DNA of 64,000 nucleotides from an uncultured Pseudomonadota bacterium (GCA_963817285.1 CAWFOE010000008.1:123577-187576), one strand, 5' to 3'. Shown: positions 13,060 through 26,430, counted from the first letter of the stretch. Numbers and translations are program-made. Notes: generated from the letters alone by a model not told the origin.

Positions 13060-13812
13060 CTAGTTACCGCCAGCAGCGTACTTCCGGTCCTTCTTGTCGG
13101 CCTTGTGGCCGCGCCAGGCACCGCGATGCTTGGCGTAGTTCACAGCGGCGTCCACATCGGACTGGACCGGGTTCTTGCTTCACGTCCAGATCCTGCTTCG
13201 GATAGATGAGGTCCGCGTGCTTGATCTTGTCGGCATTGGCCTTGTAGATCAGCGGCCACTGGTAGGGGTTGCCGTACACGTCGGACTTGCCGGCGATGCG
13301 CCAGAGGCTGTCGCCCTTGACGACGCTGTAGGTCATCTTGGCAGCCTGCAGTTCGGCGACCAGGGCCGAGAGGGTGTCATAGGCAGCCTTGCAGTTGCCG
13401 TTGGTGTCGTCGGTCTGGGCCTGGGTCAGGCGGGCCTGCTGGTCGGCGGTGAGGCCTTTGTAAGCCCTGGGCCTGGGCGGCAGATCCTTCGCCTTGGCGC
13501 AGTAGCACGCGTTCTGCGCGTCGGTGGCCACCTGCTTCGCCTGGGCGGCGAGCTGCTGGGCCTTGGCGTTGTCGCCGCTCTGTCGCGGCAGCCTGAGCCT
13601 GGGTGATCAGGTCGGCGGCATTGCCAGTGTCGGTGCAAGGCGCCTGGGCGCTCGCGACCACGGCCTGGGCATCACTGATGGCCTGGGTGGTGGCGGCAGC
13701 AGGCTGCGGAGCAGCGGCAGCGGCGAGGAGCAGGCGCTGGCTTGGTAGCGCAACCGGCGATCAGGCCGGCGGCAAGCAACAGCACTGCGGATTGCTTGAG
13801 TAAATTCTTCAT
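13060..13812 (-). CDS. LysM-domain lipoprotein (several frame slips)
   Basis: Lipobox N-terminus 'MKNLLKQSAVLLLAAGLIAGCATKPA'. LysM 'YSVVKGDSLWRIAGKSDVYGNPYQWPLIYKANADKIKHADLIYPKQDL'. The tail 'NPVQSDVDAAVNYAKHRGAWRGHKADKKDRKYAAGGN*' is in another frame. Confidence 0.7.
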
Positions 13813-14013
13813 GGTGTTGTCTCCGACCTCAAAATTGTTTTTCTGCGAGATAATGGCAATGGGGACACGCTACAGGAGACCCCATCTACTCATTATTGAG
13901 TGGCAAGGTTAGCCCTCCGGCAACTCCGGTGTCAAGGAAACAGCGAGCATTAACATAAGGAAAATCACGGGAGTTTCACGGCGGATTAGCGGCCAGATAC
14001 GTCTTGTCCCTGA

Positions 14014-14315
14014 CTAATCTCCGAGGGCTTTCAGTGCAGACTGTTGGGCTTTCAGTGCGTCTTCCCGGGCCGTGGAATAGTCACCGGCATCCAGGGCCGT
14101 CTGGGCAGCGTCCAGGTAATGTCGGGCGTTTTCCATATCCACCGGCGAGCTCTTCTCCGCCTGGGCCTGTTGGGCGGCTGCCAGGCTCTGGCGCGCGTTG
14201 CTCATCTCCTGCACCGGCGCGCCGGCGCAGGCGAACAGCATGAGCGTGCCACTGCGACCACAAACAGACGCAAGGCGCGGGCCGCGATGTATTTGGCGAT
14301 ATCCAGGGGGAGCAC
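14014..14315 (-). CDS. DUF4398-like small lipoprotein (frame slip at about 14245; GTG start inferred)
   Basis: Lipobox '...LFVVAVA/TLMLFACAG', then 'APVQEMSNARQSLAAAQQAQAEKSSPVDMENARHYLDAAQTALDAGDYSTAREDALKAQQSALKA', a helical A/Q-rich pattern typical of DUF4398. Confidence 0.55.
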
Positions 14316-14395
14316 CGTGATTCGTTGATGCCTTAACCGGAGGCCACGCTAGCAGCGCCCGCCGATGACCGTCAAGCGCGCCCTCTGCGCTATAG

Positions 14396-15719
<1,324 letters not shown>

Positions 15720-15723
<4 letters not shown>

Positions 15724-16434
15724 CGTTTCTCGATAACCGATTTGACAAACGGCACCGTGAGCTTGCGCTGCGCCACCAGCGAAGCTGAGTCCAAAGCATC
15801 CACGGTGCTGCAGAGGGTGCTCATGTCACGCTGCAGGCGATTGAGCAGGAACTTGGCGGTGTCTTCCGGCAACTCGAAGCCACGACGATGGGCCCGCTGT
15901 TGCAGGGCGGCGATCTTGTCCGCATCGCCCATGACCTCCAGTTGGAACACCGGCCCCCAGGACAGGCGTGATACCAGGTCCGGCAAGCAGCCGCTTGATG
16001 CTGGTAGGCGCGCCGCGGGCGCTGGCCACGAAGCCGCCGCCGTTCTGCTTGAGGGAATCGATGAGGGTGAGCAGCGCCCGTTGCCAGGGCTCGGTGCCGG
16101 CCACCCGTTGCACGTCGTCCAGGCACACCAGGGCATAACGGTCGAAGTTCTCCACCGCGGAAGGATCCAAGAGCACCGCCTGACCCATGGGCAGGTACAT
16201 GGCGCGCCTTCCCGCCGCCGTGGCCGCGCGGAAGGCCGCCTGCAACAGATGAGATTTGCCGGTGCCGTCAGCACCGTGCAGGAACATCACCGGCGTACCG
16301 CCCTGCTTCGCAAGAGTCTTCAGGGCATCCACAGCCGCAGCGTTGGGCCCGGCATGGAAACTCTCGAAAGTAGCGCCTTCGTCGAGAGTGATGGGCAGGG
16401 GCAGCTGACCTTCCAGCACGCGTTCCGCGCTCAT
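15720..16434 (-). CDS. hda: DnaA regulatory inactivator Hda (frame slip at about 15985)
   Basis: '[25 protein letters not shown]', Walker A-like '[13 protein letters not shown]', 'LVCLDDVQ'. The C-terminus '[50 protein letters not shown]' is in the 15720..16274 frame. ATGA overlap with the perM stop. Confidence 0.8.
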
Positions 16435-17492
16435 GGGGTGCCACCGCGGTAGAACTCGGTCTCGAGATAGCGGTCGCGCACGTGCCGCGCGAGCACCATG
16501 CCGGCCGCGGCTACGGGCAAGGCCAGCAACACACCCACGAAGCCGAAGAGCTGGCCGCCGGCCAGGATGGCGAAGATGACCATCACGGGATGCAGGCCGA
16601 TGCGTCCGCCCACGAGGCGCGGAGTGAGCAGGAAGCTGTCCAGGCTGAGACCCACGCCGAACACCACCAGCACCCACAGAGGCAGCCAGCCATCCCCGCC
16701 CTGCAGCACCGCGGACAGGAGCGCCAGGATGATGCCGGTGGTGAGGCCGAGATAAGGCACGAAACCCAGGAGACCCGCGATCACGCCGATGGCCACGGCG
16801 TTCTGCAGGCCTGCGATAGACAGGCCCACGGAGTAGATGCTGGAGAGGCAGATCATGACCAGGAGCTGGCCGCGGAAGAACGCCGCCAGCACCCCTTCGC
16901 ATTCCCGCACCAGCCGCTCGATGAGGGGGGCATGGCTGCGCGGCAGGAGGTCGGTGATACGGGCCTTGAAGATGTCCCAGTCCCGCAACCAATAGAAGGT
17001 CACCACCGGCACCAGGAGCAGGTTGAGGACGAACACGAATACCACATGGCTCGAATGGAACACGGTCGCCAGGGTGTTGTTGGCGATCTGTCCGGCGCTC
17101 TGGAAGTTCTGGGTGAGGAAACCCGACAGGTTCTCGATGCGCAGGCGTTCCGGATCCACGCGCAGATGCGCCGCGAGCCAGGGCGTGGCGGTGTCCTGGA
17201 ACCAGGCCGCGAGCTGGGGCGCGCGGGTGGAGAGTTCGGCGAACTCACGCCCCACCATGGGGATGATCAAGAGGAGCAGCAGGCCGAGCACCACGAAGGT
17301 ACCGATGAACACCACCGCTACCGCGAGACTACGAGGGAAATGCCAGGCCTCGAGCTTGTCCGCCACAGGATCGCCGAGCCACGCGAGTAGCGCACTGATG
17401 AGGAAGGGCGTGAGGACGGGTCCTAAGAGATACAGCAGGAGGCAGACGGATATACCGCTCACCACCAACCATATCTTCGTCTCGCGATTCAT
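16431..17492 (-). CDS. AI-2E family transporter (PerM-like permease)
   Basis: Intact 353-aa polytopic ORF in the conserved hda-perM-DUF2066 arrangement. Confidence 0.8.
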   Translation of the reverse strand: MNRETKIWLVVSGISVCLLLYLLGPVLTPFLISALLAWLGDPVADKLEAWHFPRSLAVAVVFIGTFVVLGLLLLLIIPMVGREFAELSTRAPQLAAWFQDTATPWLAAHLRVDPERLRIENLSGFLTQNFQSAGQIANNTLATVFHSSHVVFVFVLNLLLVPVVTFYWLRDWDIFKARITDLLPRSHAPLIERLVRECEGVLAAFFRGQLLVMICLSSIYSVGLSIAGLQNAVAIGVIAGLLGFVPYLGLTTGIILALLSAVLQGGDGWLPLWVLVVFGVGLSLDSFLLTPRLVGGRIGLHPVMVIFAILAGGQLFGFVGVLLALPVAAAGMVLARHVRDRYLETEFYRGGTP

Positions 17493-18634
17493 GGGCCGGG
17501 GACGTAGCGGTAGGACAGAGCTTGAGTCGGGATGGGCGCCGGGGTCACCGCTCCGTTGGCACCGGTGCCGGCGGCAGGCGCGATAGCGTCTGCCGGCGCC
17601 AGCAAGCCGCCCAACATCAATGCGGATTGCAGGTTATCCAGGCTACCGTGTGCATCCACGGTGAGATAGGCGTTGCCACCCGCCATGCGTTGCACGTGCA
17701 CCGCGCGCACCGGCGTGAGGCCGTTGAGATAGCTCAAGACCTTGGCATAGACATCCAAGCTGGTGACGCCCTGCACCACCAACGGCACGCCAGCGATGTC
17801 GCCCGCATCCATGGCGATAGCGTAACGTGCCGCGTAACGGTCGGCAGAAACCTGCACGCCATCCACCACTGCAGCCACTTCATCACCGGGCGGCGTCTGC
17901 CAGACCTGTTGATCAGCCCCGTTCAAGAGCTGCCAATGGGCTGCGTACTGGCTGGCGCCGAAAGGCATGACGCTGCCCACTAGCACTGCATCTGGTTTGT
18001 AGCGCTCGGAAGCCTGGCGGATGCGGTCGGCTGAGAAAGCGGTGATGTCCGGCACCCCGATGGCGGCGCGATCCACCGGATCCATCTGGGGGAACAGCAG
18101 TACGATGCCGCGCTGTTCAGCCGCGGTAGTCAGGGCCTGCATCAGGAAGGAACTGTCGGTGGCGGGCAAGATGCGCGCGCCAGTGCTGTCCTGCAGAGCG
18201 AGCCAGACCAGAGTGCGTGGACGCTCGGCACCCCATAGGGGTGCATGGGCAGCGCCGACGGCACTGTTGACCACCTTGGGATCGAAACGCGCCCATAGGA
18301 GCAGAGACGGCGCCTGGCCGGACTGCGCAGTGGGGTCGGGCTGTGCCTGCTCATAACGGTATTGCTGCATGTAGTGAGCGGCATCGCCCAGGGCGGCGTT
18401 CAGGGAGGCAGGCATGGTGCGTGAGCCAGTGACCTTCACCAGCACCACGGCGAGGGCCTGCTGCAGCGCTGCGGCGCGGGCGGAGGAGGACTGATCCGCC
18501 ACCGGCACGCGCGCCTCGTAGAGCCCCGGGACGGAAGCAGCATGGGCGGGCACGGCCGCGGCCATCCACAGGATGGCGACCAAGAGCCATAGGAAAGGGC
18601 GACGGGTTGTATCCACAGGCATATTCTCCCGCAT
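17489..18634 (-). CDS. DUF2066 domain protein, secreted
   Basis: Signal peptide '[22 protein letters not shown]'. Intact 381-aa ORF. Lies divergent from purM as in many gammaproteobacteria (family call from memory). Confidence 0.6.
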   Translation of the reverse strand: MRENMPVDTTRRPFLWLLVAILWMAAAVPAHAASVPGLYEARVPVADQSSSARAAALQQALAVVLVKVTGSRTMPASLNAALGDAAHYMQQYRYEQAQPDPTAQSGQAPSLLLWARFDPKVVNSAVGAAHAPLWGAERPRTLVWLALQDSTGARILPATDSSFLMQALTTAAEQRGIVLLFPQMDPVDRAAIGVPDITAFSADRIRQASERYKPDAVLVGSVMPFGASQYAAHWQLLNGADQQVWQTPPGDEVAAVVDGVQVSADRYAARYAIAMDAGDIAGVPLVVQGVTSLDVYAKVLSYLNGLTPVRAVHVQRMAGGNAYLTVDAHGSLDNLQSALMLGGLLAPADAIAPAAGTGANGAVTPAPIPTQALSYRYVPGP

Positions 18635-18709
18635 CCGGCGGCGGAAATCAGGCGTCGTGTAGAATATACAGTCTCAAACTGCCTCCCAGCGAGCAGTTTC
18701 AAGGCCAGA

Positions 18710-19759
18710 TTGCCCGGGAAACATCCCCAAATGACCGTCAAAAAACCCCTCACTTACCGCGATGCCGGCGTGGATATCGACGCGGGCGACGCGCTCGTGG
18801 AGCGCATCAAGCCCGCTGCGAAACGCACCCTGCGCCCCGAAGTGCTCGGTGGACTCGGCGGCTTCGGCGCGCTGGTGGAACTGCCGTCACGTTACCGTCA
18901 CCCGGTGCTGGTCTCCGGCACCGACGGCGTGGGCACCAAACTCAAGCTCGCCATCGAGAGCGGTCGCCACAGCGGCATCGGCACCGACCTCGTAGCCATG
19001 TGTGTCAACGACGTGGTGGTGCAAGGCGCCGAACCTCTCTTCTTCCTGGACTACTACGCCACGGGCAAGCTGGACGTGGACATGGCGACGGAAGTGATCG
19101 AGGGCATCGCCCGCGGTTGCGAGCTGGCGGGCTGCGCGCTCGTGGGCGGCGAGACTGCTGAACTGCCCGGCATGTACCAAGGCGAGGATTACGACCTGGC
19201 GGGCTTCTGCGTCGGCGTAGTGGAGAAAGAGAAGATCATCGACGGCAGCAAGGTGCAAGCAGGTGACGTGATCATCGGCCTCGCCTCCTCAGGGCCCCAT
19301 TCCAACGGTTACTCGCTGATCCGCAAGGTGCTGGCGGTGTCCGGCGCGCAGTTCGAGCAGCGGCTCGAGGGACGCGCGCTCATCGAGCTACTCATGGAGC
19401 CCACGCGCATCTACGTGAAGTCGCTGCTCAAGCTACTCGACCAGGTGCCAGTGCATGCTTTCGCCCACATCACGGGCGGTGGACTCACGGAGAACATCCC
19501 GCGAGTAGTGCCTGAAGACCTGGGCGTGAAGCTGGATGCGAAATCCTGGCCGCGGCCGGCCATATTCCAGTGGCTGATGCAGGAAGGTGGCATACCGGAA
19601 GCGGAGATGTATCGCACTTTCAACATGGGCATCGGTATGGTGGCTTGCGTGGCAGAAGCGGACGCTGCGCGCGTGCTGGAGCTCCTCACTGCCTCCGGCG
19701 AAAAAGCCTGGCGCGTGGGCCGCATCGAGAGCGGCATCACCGGCGTCGTCATCCGCTGA
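18710..19759 (+). CDS. purM: Phosphoribosylformylglycinamidine cyclo-ligase
   Basis: '[21 protein letters not shown]', '[15 protein letters not shown]', 'DYYATGKLD', '[11 protein letters not shown]'. The start may be the internal ATG at about 18731. Confidence 0.92.
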   Translation: MPGKHPQMTVKKPLTYRDAGVDIDAGDALVERIKPAAKRTLRPEVLGGLGGFGALVELPSRYRHPVLVSGTDGVGTKLKLAIESGRHSGIGTDLVAMCVNDVVVQGAEPLFFLDYYATGKLDVDMATEVIEGIARGCELAGCALVGGETAELPGMYQGEDYDLAGFCVGVVEKEKIIDGSKVQAGDVIIGLASSGPHSNGYSLIRKVLAVSGAQFEQRLEGRALIELLMEPTRIYVKSLLKLLDQVPVHAFAHITGGGLTENIPRVVPEDLGVKLDAKSWPRPAIFQWLMQEGGIPEAEMYRTFNMGIGMVACVAEADAARVLELLTASGEKAWRVGRIESGITGVVIR

Positions 19760-20424
19760 TGTCTCCCCGCAAGGCACCGGTGGTGGTGCTGGTCTCAGGT
19801 CACGGCAGCAATCTCCAAGCGATACTCGATCATGCCGCCCGCTCCCTCCCCGTGCAGGTGCAGGCGGTGGTGAGCGACCGACCCGAGGCCGAAGCCCTCA
19901 AGCGGGCTCGGGCAGCAGGCGTGCCGGTGGAGACGGTGACCACGGCGGAATTCCCCGACAAACAGGCCTACGACGCGGCGCTCATCCGCGCCGTGGACCG
20001 CTACGCACCACAGCTCGTAGTGCTGGCCGGATTCATGCGCATCCTCGGCCCTGGCTTCGTGCACCGCCATCTGGGGCACATGCTCAACATCCACCCCTCG
20101 CTCTTGCCGAAATATCGGGGACTGCACACCCATCGACGTGCACTGGAGGCAGGAGACACACTCCACGGCTGCAGCGTGCATTTCGTCACTGAGGAGTTGG
20201 ACAGCGGTGCGGTGATCGCCCAGGCTCATGTGCCGGTGCTACCCGGTGACGACGAGAGTTCACTGCGGACGCGGGTACAGCGCCGCGAACATATGATCTA
20301 CCCCGAGGTGATCGGCTGGTATGCGGCAGGCCGCCTTGGATACGACGGCGGGCATGTCATGTTTGACGGTACCCCCCTCACCATGCCAAGAATATTTCCA
20401 TGGAACGACAAGGATCAGCCATGA
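19759..20424 (+). CDS. purN: Phosphoribosylglycinamide formyltransferase
   Basis: ATG 19759 overlaps the purM TGA. 'VVVLVSGHGSNLQAILD', 'LVVLAGFMRILGPGFV', 'NIHPSLLPKYRGLHTHRRALEAGD..HGCSVHFVTEELDSG'. Confidence 0.9.
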   Translation: MSPRKAPVVVLVSGHGSNLQAILDHAARSLPVQVQAVVSDRPEAEALKRARAAGVPVETVTTAEFPDKQAYDAALIRAVDRYAPQLVVLAGFMRILGPGFVHRHLGHMLNIHPSLLPKYRGLHTHRRALEAGDTLHGCSVHFVTEELDSGAVIAQAHVPVLPGDDESSLRTRVQRREHMIYPEVIGWYAAGRLGYDGGHVMFDGTPLTMPRIFPWNDKDQP

Positions 20425-21176
20425 AGAACCTGAAAGCAGGAACGTTCGCCCTGGTCCTGGTGCTCTTGTTCGCGGTGGATGCGTGGGCGGATGACGGCGT
20501 GCTCGCGCCCTACCATGCGGACTACACCCTGGCCCGCAACAGCTTGACCCTGGGCGTGTCCCATTTCAGCCTGATGCAGGGTGGTGGTGGTGGCCGCTAC
20601 ACCTATACCTCAAGCTCTGAGACCACCGGTCTCGCGGCACTCTTGGCCGGCAACATCACGGTGACCCAGAAGACCCAGTTCGATGTCGTGAACGGACGAC
20701 CACGCCCACTGGAGTACAGCTACACCCAGACCGGCAAGGACAAGAAATCAGATTCTATCCAGTTCGATTGGAACAAGCTCATCGCTCAGGGCGAGGATGA
20801 CGGTCATCAGCGCAAGAACCCTCTCACGCCCGAGGTGAGCGACGTGTTCCTGATCCAGTTGATCCTGGCGGTGGATGCGGCTTCTGGAAAACTGGCGGAT
20901 AGCTATAAGCTGCTGGACCACGGCTCCATCACGACCTACACACCGCGCAAACTGCCGGACCAGAAGATGAAAGTGGGCAAGGTGGAAGTGGATGCCGCGG
21001 TGCTCGAACTGAAGGAGCTAATCAAGGGGCGGACCATCACCGTGTGGCTCGCGCCCACGTTCCATTATCTGCCCCTGCAGATCCAGCAGGCGGAACCGGA
21101 TAAGGCGACCATCACGCTGTCTCTGGACAGCATCAGCTTCGAGAACACAGCTGCGACAGCAGCTACCGCGAAATGA
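20421..21176 (+). CDS. DUF3108 domain protein, secreted
   Basis: ATGA overlap with the purN stop. Signal peptide 'MKNLKAGTFALVLVLLFAVDAWA'. Conserved purN-downstream position. Confidence 0.6.
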   Translation: MKNLKAGTFALVLVLLFAVDAWADDGVLAPYHADYTLARNSLTLGVSHFSLMQGGGGGRYTYTSSSETTGLAALLAGNITVTQKTQFDVVNGRPRPLEYSYTQTGKDKKSDSIQFDWNKLIAQGEDDGHQRKNPLTPEVSDVFLIQLILAVDAASGKLADSYKLLDHGSITTYTPRKLPDQKMKVGKVEVDAAVLELKELIKGRTITVWLAPTFHYLPLQIQQAEPDKATITLSLDSISFENTAATAATAK

Positions 21177-21186
21177 TCGAAGCTGA

Positions 21187-21754
21187 TCAGGTTTTGGGCA
21201 GAGTCACACCTTTCTGACCCTGATACTTCCCGCCCCTATCCTTATAAGACGTCTCGCAGATCTCGTCGGACTCGAAGAACAGCATCTGGGCCACGCCTTC
21301 GTTGGCATAGATCTTGGCGGGCAATGGCGTCGTGTTGGAGAACTCCAGGGTCACGTGACCTTCCCACTCGGGTTCCAACGGAGTGACGTTCACGATGATG
21401 CCGCAGCGCGCATAAGTGGACTTGCCTAGGCAGACCGTGAGCACGCTGCGCGGGATGCGGAAGAACTCCACGGTGCGGGCCAGAGCGAATGAGTTGGGCG
21501 GGATCACGCAGCATTCGCCCTTGAAGTCCACGAAACTGCGTTCGTCGAACTTCTTCAGGATCCACGATGGTGCTGTTGATGTTGGTGAATATCTTGAACT
21601 CGTCGGCACAGCGCACGTCATAGCCGTAGCTCGAGGTGCCATAGGACACGATCCTGCCGCTGGCGTTCTGCCGTACCTGACCCGGCTCGAAGGGCTCGAT
21701 CATCCCCTGCTTCTCGGCCATGCGCCGTATCCACTTGTCTGCTTTGATGCTCAT
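21187..21754 (-). CDS. dcd: dCTP deaminase (frame slip at about 21565)
   Basis: '[28 protein letters not shown]...[29 protein letters not shown]' plus '[72 protein letters not shown]' in a second frame. Confidence 0.88.
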
Positions 21755-21780
21755 GGACTCATGCTCCTGGTCGTTATGCT

Positions 21781-22869
21781 TCAATCTTCTATGACGATCT
21801 TGGGGAAGGCTCCCGCGTAATCCTTGCCTGCGAGTGCGAGGCGCGCCGTGGCACGCCGGGCGATCTCCCGATAGCGCGCCGCTATCGCGCTCTCTGGTTC
21901 TGCCACCACCGTGGGTCGGCCGGCATCGGTCTGCTCGCGGATCTTGAGTTCCAACGGTAGGCTGCCGAGGAACGGCACCTGGTATTGGGCGGCGAGACTC
22001 TCGCCGCCACCGCTGCCGAAGATGTGTTCTTCATGACCGCACTGGCTGCACACGTGGGTGCTCATGTTCTCCACCACACCGAGCACGTTCACTTCCACTT
22101 TCTGGAACATCTTGAGACCCTTGCGGGCGTCCAGGAGCGCGATCTCCTGAGGCGTGGTGACGATCACGGCACCGGAGACCGGCACCTGCTGGGAGAGCGT
22201 GAGCTGGATGTCACCGGTACCCGGCGGCATGTCGACGATGAGATAGTCGAGGTCGCCCCACAGGGTGTCGCGGATGAGCTGCACCAAGGCTTGGGTGACC
22301 ATGGGTCCGCGCCAGACCATGGGCGTCTCGGCGTCGATGAGGAAGCCGATGGACATGCACTTCACGCCGTAGGCTTCCATGGGCTCGATGTGCTTGCCGT
22401 CTTTGCTGCTCGGCCGGCCCGTTAGACCCAACATACGCGGCTGGCTGGGGCCGTAGATGTCTGCATCCAGCATGCCGACGGCAGCGCCATCGGCAGCCAA
22501 GGCGAGAGCTAAATTCACTGCTACGGTGGATTTGCCTACACCACCCTTGCCGGAGGCGACAGCGATGACATTCTTCACGCCGGCCAGAGGGGTGAGATTG
22601 CGTTGCACGGCATGAGACAGGATGGTGCTGTCTACCCGCACCTGGACCTGTTCGATGCCGGGCAGATCCTGCAAGAGCTTCTGTACATCCCCGGCCAGGG
22701 TCTCGCGATAAGCTCCCAGGGGGAAACCCGCATCCAGATGCAGGTCCAGCTTGCCGCCATCGAGCTGCATGCCGCGCACGGCCCCCGCGGTCACGAGATC
22801 CGTGCCCAGGTGGGGTTCGGTCCAGGTTTTAAGGGCCGCCTCGACGCGGTCCCGGGAAACAGCGGTCAT
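21781..22869 (-). CDS. apbC: Iron-sulfur cluster carrier ATPase ApbC/Mrp
   Basis: '[24 protein letters not shown]', 'DADIYGPS' and the '[12 protein letters not shown]' CxxC motif. Start taken at the internal ATG 22869. Confidence 0.88.
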   Translation of the reverse strand: MTAVSRDRVEAALKTWTEPHLGTDLVTAGAVRGMQLDGGKLDLHLDAGFPLGAYRETLAGDVQKLLQDLPGIEQVQVRVDSTILSHAVQRNLTPLAGVKNVIAVASGKGGVGKSTVAVNLALALAADGAAVGMLDADIYGPSQPRMLGLTGRPSSKDGKHIEPMEAYGVKCMSIGFLIDAETPMVWRGPMVTQALVQLIRDTLWGDLDYLIVDMPPGTGDIQLTLSQQVPVSGAVIVTTPQEIALLDARKGLKMFQKVEVNVLGVVENMSTHVCSQCGHEEHIFGSGGGESLAAQYQVPFLGSLPLELKIREQTDAGRPTVVAEPESAIAARYREIARRATARLALAGKDYAGAFPKIVIED

Positions 22870-23003
22870 GGCGATGGTCGCGGGTTCGGATGGGATGGCG
22901 GCGCATTCTAGCATCCCGGCTCGGGAGCACAGGCCGGCCGCGGGGCTATGGCATAATTCAATGCCTGCCTACCGGCCGCATAAGAAGCAGACTGAACCCG
23001 CCC

Positions 23004-25083
23004 ATGCCGCAGAAAGACCGCGACATCCTAGTCACCTACGCCCTGCCCTACGCCAACGGCTCCATACACCTGGGGCACCTGGTGGGATATATCTCCACCG
23101 ACATCTGGGTGCGCTACCAGAAGATGTCCGGGCAGGACTGCATTTACGTCTGCGCTGACGATGCCCATGGCACGCCCATCATGCTGAAGGCGCGGGAACT
23201 CGGCATCACCCCCGAGGAGCTGATCGCCGGGGTCAAGGTGGAGCACGAGCGGGACTTCAAGGATTTCCTGATCAGCTTCGACAACTACCACAGCACGCAC
23301 AGCGACGAGAACCGGGAGCTGGCGACGCTCATCTACAAGAACCTGCGGGACGCGAAGCCCAGCCATATCGCGGTACGCACGATCCGCCAGTTCTACGACG
23401 AGCAGGCCACGATGTTCCTGCCGGACCGCTTCATCAAGGGCACCTGCCCGCGCTGCGCCACGCCGGACCAGTACGGCGATTCCTGCGAGAACTGCGGCGC
23501 CACCTACAGCCCGGCCGACCTCAAGAACCCGGTGTCGGTGATCTCCGGCTGCCGCCCGGTGGAACGCGAGTCTGAGCATTACTTCTTCAAGCTCGGCGAC
23601 TTCGACACGATGCTGCACGAGTGGACCCGCGCAGGCCACCTGCACGAGGCCGGTGCACCCGCAAGCTGGATGAGTGGTTCGCCGCCGGCCTGCAGGACTG
23701 GGACATCTCGCGCGACGCGCCCTACTTCGGCTTCGAGATACCCGATGCACCGGGCAAGTACTTCTACGTGTGGCTGGACGCGCCCATCGGCTACATGGCG
23801 AGCTTCAAGAACCTGTGTGCCCGCCGCAAGGACCTGGACTTCGATTCCTACTGGAAGAAGGGCAGCACCAAAGAGGTGTACCACTTCATCGGCAAGGACA
23901 TCATCTATTTCCATTCGCTGTTCTGGCCGGCGATGCTCCAGGGCGCGGGCTTCCGCACGCCCACCGCGGTGTATGCCCACGGCTTCCTGACGGTGAACGG
24001 CCAGAAGATGTCCAAGTCCCGCGGGCACCTTCATCAAGGGCGCGTACATATCTGGATGCGGGCTGCACCCGGAATATCTGCGCTACTACTTCGCCGCGAA
24101 ATTTGGACCGGGCATCGATGACATCGATTTCAATCTGGACGATTTTTCGCAGCGGGTGAACAGGGACTTGATTGGCAAGCTCGTCAACATCGCAAGTCGT
24201 TGCGCTGGTTTCATAACGAAAAAATTTAATGGTGAAATTAATTGCCGGCAGTCTCCATGACTATGGGGCTGAACGAGGCGGATTGAATCCAGTAAAATTA
24301 CTGGGGAACTAAAGTCACCGCGCCGACAACATAGCCCAGGCCTACGAGAATCGGGAATACGGCCAGCGCCATCCGCGAGGTGATGGATGTCGCCGACAGT
24401 GCGAACGGATACATAGATGAAGTAAAGCCATGGGCCCAGGCGAAACAGCACCGGTAGCGACAGACGTTGCAGCACGACCTGCTCCATTGCTTTCAACCTG
24501 TTTAGCCTGTTCATGATCTACTTAAAACCGGTGCTGCCCAAGCTGGCTGCGCAGGTTGAAAATAATTTCCTGGCGATACCTCCTCTTAAGTGGAGCGATG
24601 CCAATTCGCTTCGACCGCTAATGGGCACAAGATCAAACCTTACGACACCCCTGATGGGACGTGTGGATCCTAAACAAGATAGACACCATGGTCGAGTCCT
24701 CCAAGGAAGACCTGGCGAAAACCACTCAGAAGGCATCGAACATGGATCCCATCGCCGCGGAGATCAGCTACGACGACTTCGCCAAGATAGACCTGCGCAT
24801 CGCGCGCATCGTCAAAGCGGAGCACGTGGAAGGCGCCGACAAACTGCTCAGGCTGACCTTGGATATCGGCGAAGGCACACGCAACGTGTTCGCCGGCATC
24901 AAGAGCGCATATACCCCCGAGCAGCTCGAGGGCAAGCTCACGGTGATGGTGGCGAACCTGGCACCGCGCAAGATGAAGTTCGGCATGTCCGAAGGAATGG
25001 TGCTGGCAGCGGGCCCCGGCGGCAAGGACCTGTGGATCCTCGAACCGCATCAGGGCGCGCAACCCGGGATGAAGGTGAAGTAA
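23004..25083 (+). CDS. metG: Methionine--tRNA ligase (about 7 frame slips plus in-frame stops, densest in 24000-24700)
   Basis: '[19 protein letters not shown]', Zn knuckle '[18 protein letters not shown]', 'KMSKSRG'. Anticodon-binding region '[25 protein letters not shown]', '[18 protein letters not shown]'. C-terminal EMAP/Trbp111 domain '[50 protein letters not shown]...[22 protein letters not shown]'. Pieces are spread over three frames. Confidence 0.9.
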
Positions 25084-25094
25084 CCTCCCCTGCC

Positions 25095-25727
25095 GTGGCC
25101 ACGGTAGACAAAATCGACGCCCTGCTACCGCAGACCCAATGCACCCGCTGCGGCTATCCCGATTGCCGCGCTTACGCTGAAGCCATCGTGCGGGACGAGA
25201 CCGGCATCGATCGCTGCCCGCCCGGGGGCGATGACACTCTGCGGGATCTCTCGATACTTCTGCAGCGCACAGTCAACGGGTTGGACCCGGCGGTCGGTGC
25301 GTTCACTGTCGGTACCGTGGCTTTCATCGATGAACCCCTCTGTATAGGCTGCACCAAGTGCATCGACGCCTGCCCGATGGATGCCATCGTGGGCGGACCC
25401 AAGCTCATGCACACAGTGGTGGAAGCCCTTTGTACCGGCTGTGAACTCTGTCTACCCCCCTGCCCCGTGGATTGCATACGACTGGTACCGACCCAGGGCG
25501 TGACCGAAGGTTATGAAGGCTGGCAGTTCCCTCAAGGCGGTCGTGATCGCGCCGATGCCCTGCGCAGCCGCTATCAGCGCCACGCCGAACGCCAGGACCG
25601 CGAACAGGACGCACGGCGGGAACGCGCCACACAGCGGAGCGCCGTGGCGGACCGGAAAGCAGAGATCGCCGCGGCCGTGGCGCGTGTGCGGGCGAAACGC
25701 GCGCAGTCCGCCCCGGGGAAACACTGA
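25095..25727 (+). CDS. RnfB-like ferredoxin (4Fe-4S dicluster protein upstream of nth)
   Basis: GTG 25095 start inferred. '[33 protein letters not shown]', '[16 protein letters not shown]', '[16 protein letters not shown]'. The track ORF 24513..25727 is a chimera with out-of-frame metG. Confidence 0.72.
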   Translation: MATVDKIDALLPQTQCTRCGYPDCRAYAEAIVRDETGIDRCPPGGDDTLRDLSILLQRTVNGLDPAVGAFTVGTVAFIDEPLCIGCTKCIDACPMDAIVGGPKLMHTVVEALCTGCELCLPPCPVDCIRLVPTQGVTEGYEGWQFPQGGRDRADALRSRYQRHAERQDREQDARRERATQRSAVADRKAEIAAAVARVRAKRAQSAPGKH

Positions 25728-25728
25728 G

Positions 25729-26420
25729 ATGAACCCGGAGAAACGCGCTGAGATCTATCGCCGGCTGCGGGCCGCGAACCCGAAGCCCACCACCGAACTG
25801 CAATACCAGACACCCTACGAATTGCTGGTGTCAGTCACTCTCTCGGCTCAGGCCACGGACAAGAGCGTGAACGCGGCCACGGTGAAGCTCTTCCCGCTGG
25901 CCAACACCCCCGCCGCCATGCTCAAACTCGGTGAAGCGGGACTGAAACCCTATATCCAGACCATCGGCCTCTATAACACCAAGGCCAAGAACATCATCGC
26001 TGCAGCCCGGATGCTGCTGGAACAGCACGGCGGCGAAGTGCCCCGGGACAGGGAAGCCCTGGAAGCGTTGCCGGGGGTGGGCCGCAAGACCGCCAACGTG
26101 GTGCTTAACACCGCCTTCGGAGAGCCTACCATCGCCGTGGACACCCATATCTTCCGGGTCGGCAACCGCACGGGACTGGCGCCGGGCAAGGACGTGCGGG
26201 CGGTGGAAGACACGCTGGTGAAGTTCACGCCGGATGAGTTCAAGCAGGACGCCCACCATTGGCTGATCCTGCATGGGCGCTACGTGTGCAAAGCCCGCAA
26301 GCCCGAGTGCCCCCGCTGCTCGATCGCTGATCTCTGTGAGTACAAGCAGAAGACTAAACCTGAACCCGAAGTGCCCTCGCCCTGGGCAAGAAGAAACCCG
26401 CCAAGGCACGCAAGCGCTAG
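25729..26420 (+). CDS. nth: Endonuclease III (frame slip at about 26380)
   Basis: 'TPYELLVSVTLSAQATDKSVN', HhH 'LPGVGRKTANVVLN', 'DTHIFRV' and the 4Fe-4S 'CKARKPECPRCSIADLCEY' motif. The likely tail 'LALGKKKPAKARKR*' (TAG 26418-26420) is in another frame. Confidence 0.9.
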
Positions 26421-26430
26421 AATCACGCCC

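Noticed and set aside
15826-16992. 388-aa minus-strand ORF overlapping hda and perM
   Set aside because: Only the segment '[11 protein letters not shown]...GFVASARG' is real (the hda N-terminal two-thirds). The remainder is Arg/Pro/Gly-rich out-of-frame translation of perM, typical of high-GC shadow ORFs.
24513-25727. 404-aa ORF spanning the metG 3' region and the rnfB-like gene
   Set aside because: The first half is an Arg-rich out-of-frame reading of metG. The real metG C-terminal domain is the 24661..25083 frame. The ferredoxin gene starts at about 25095.
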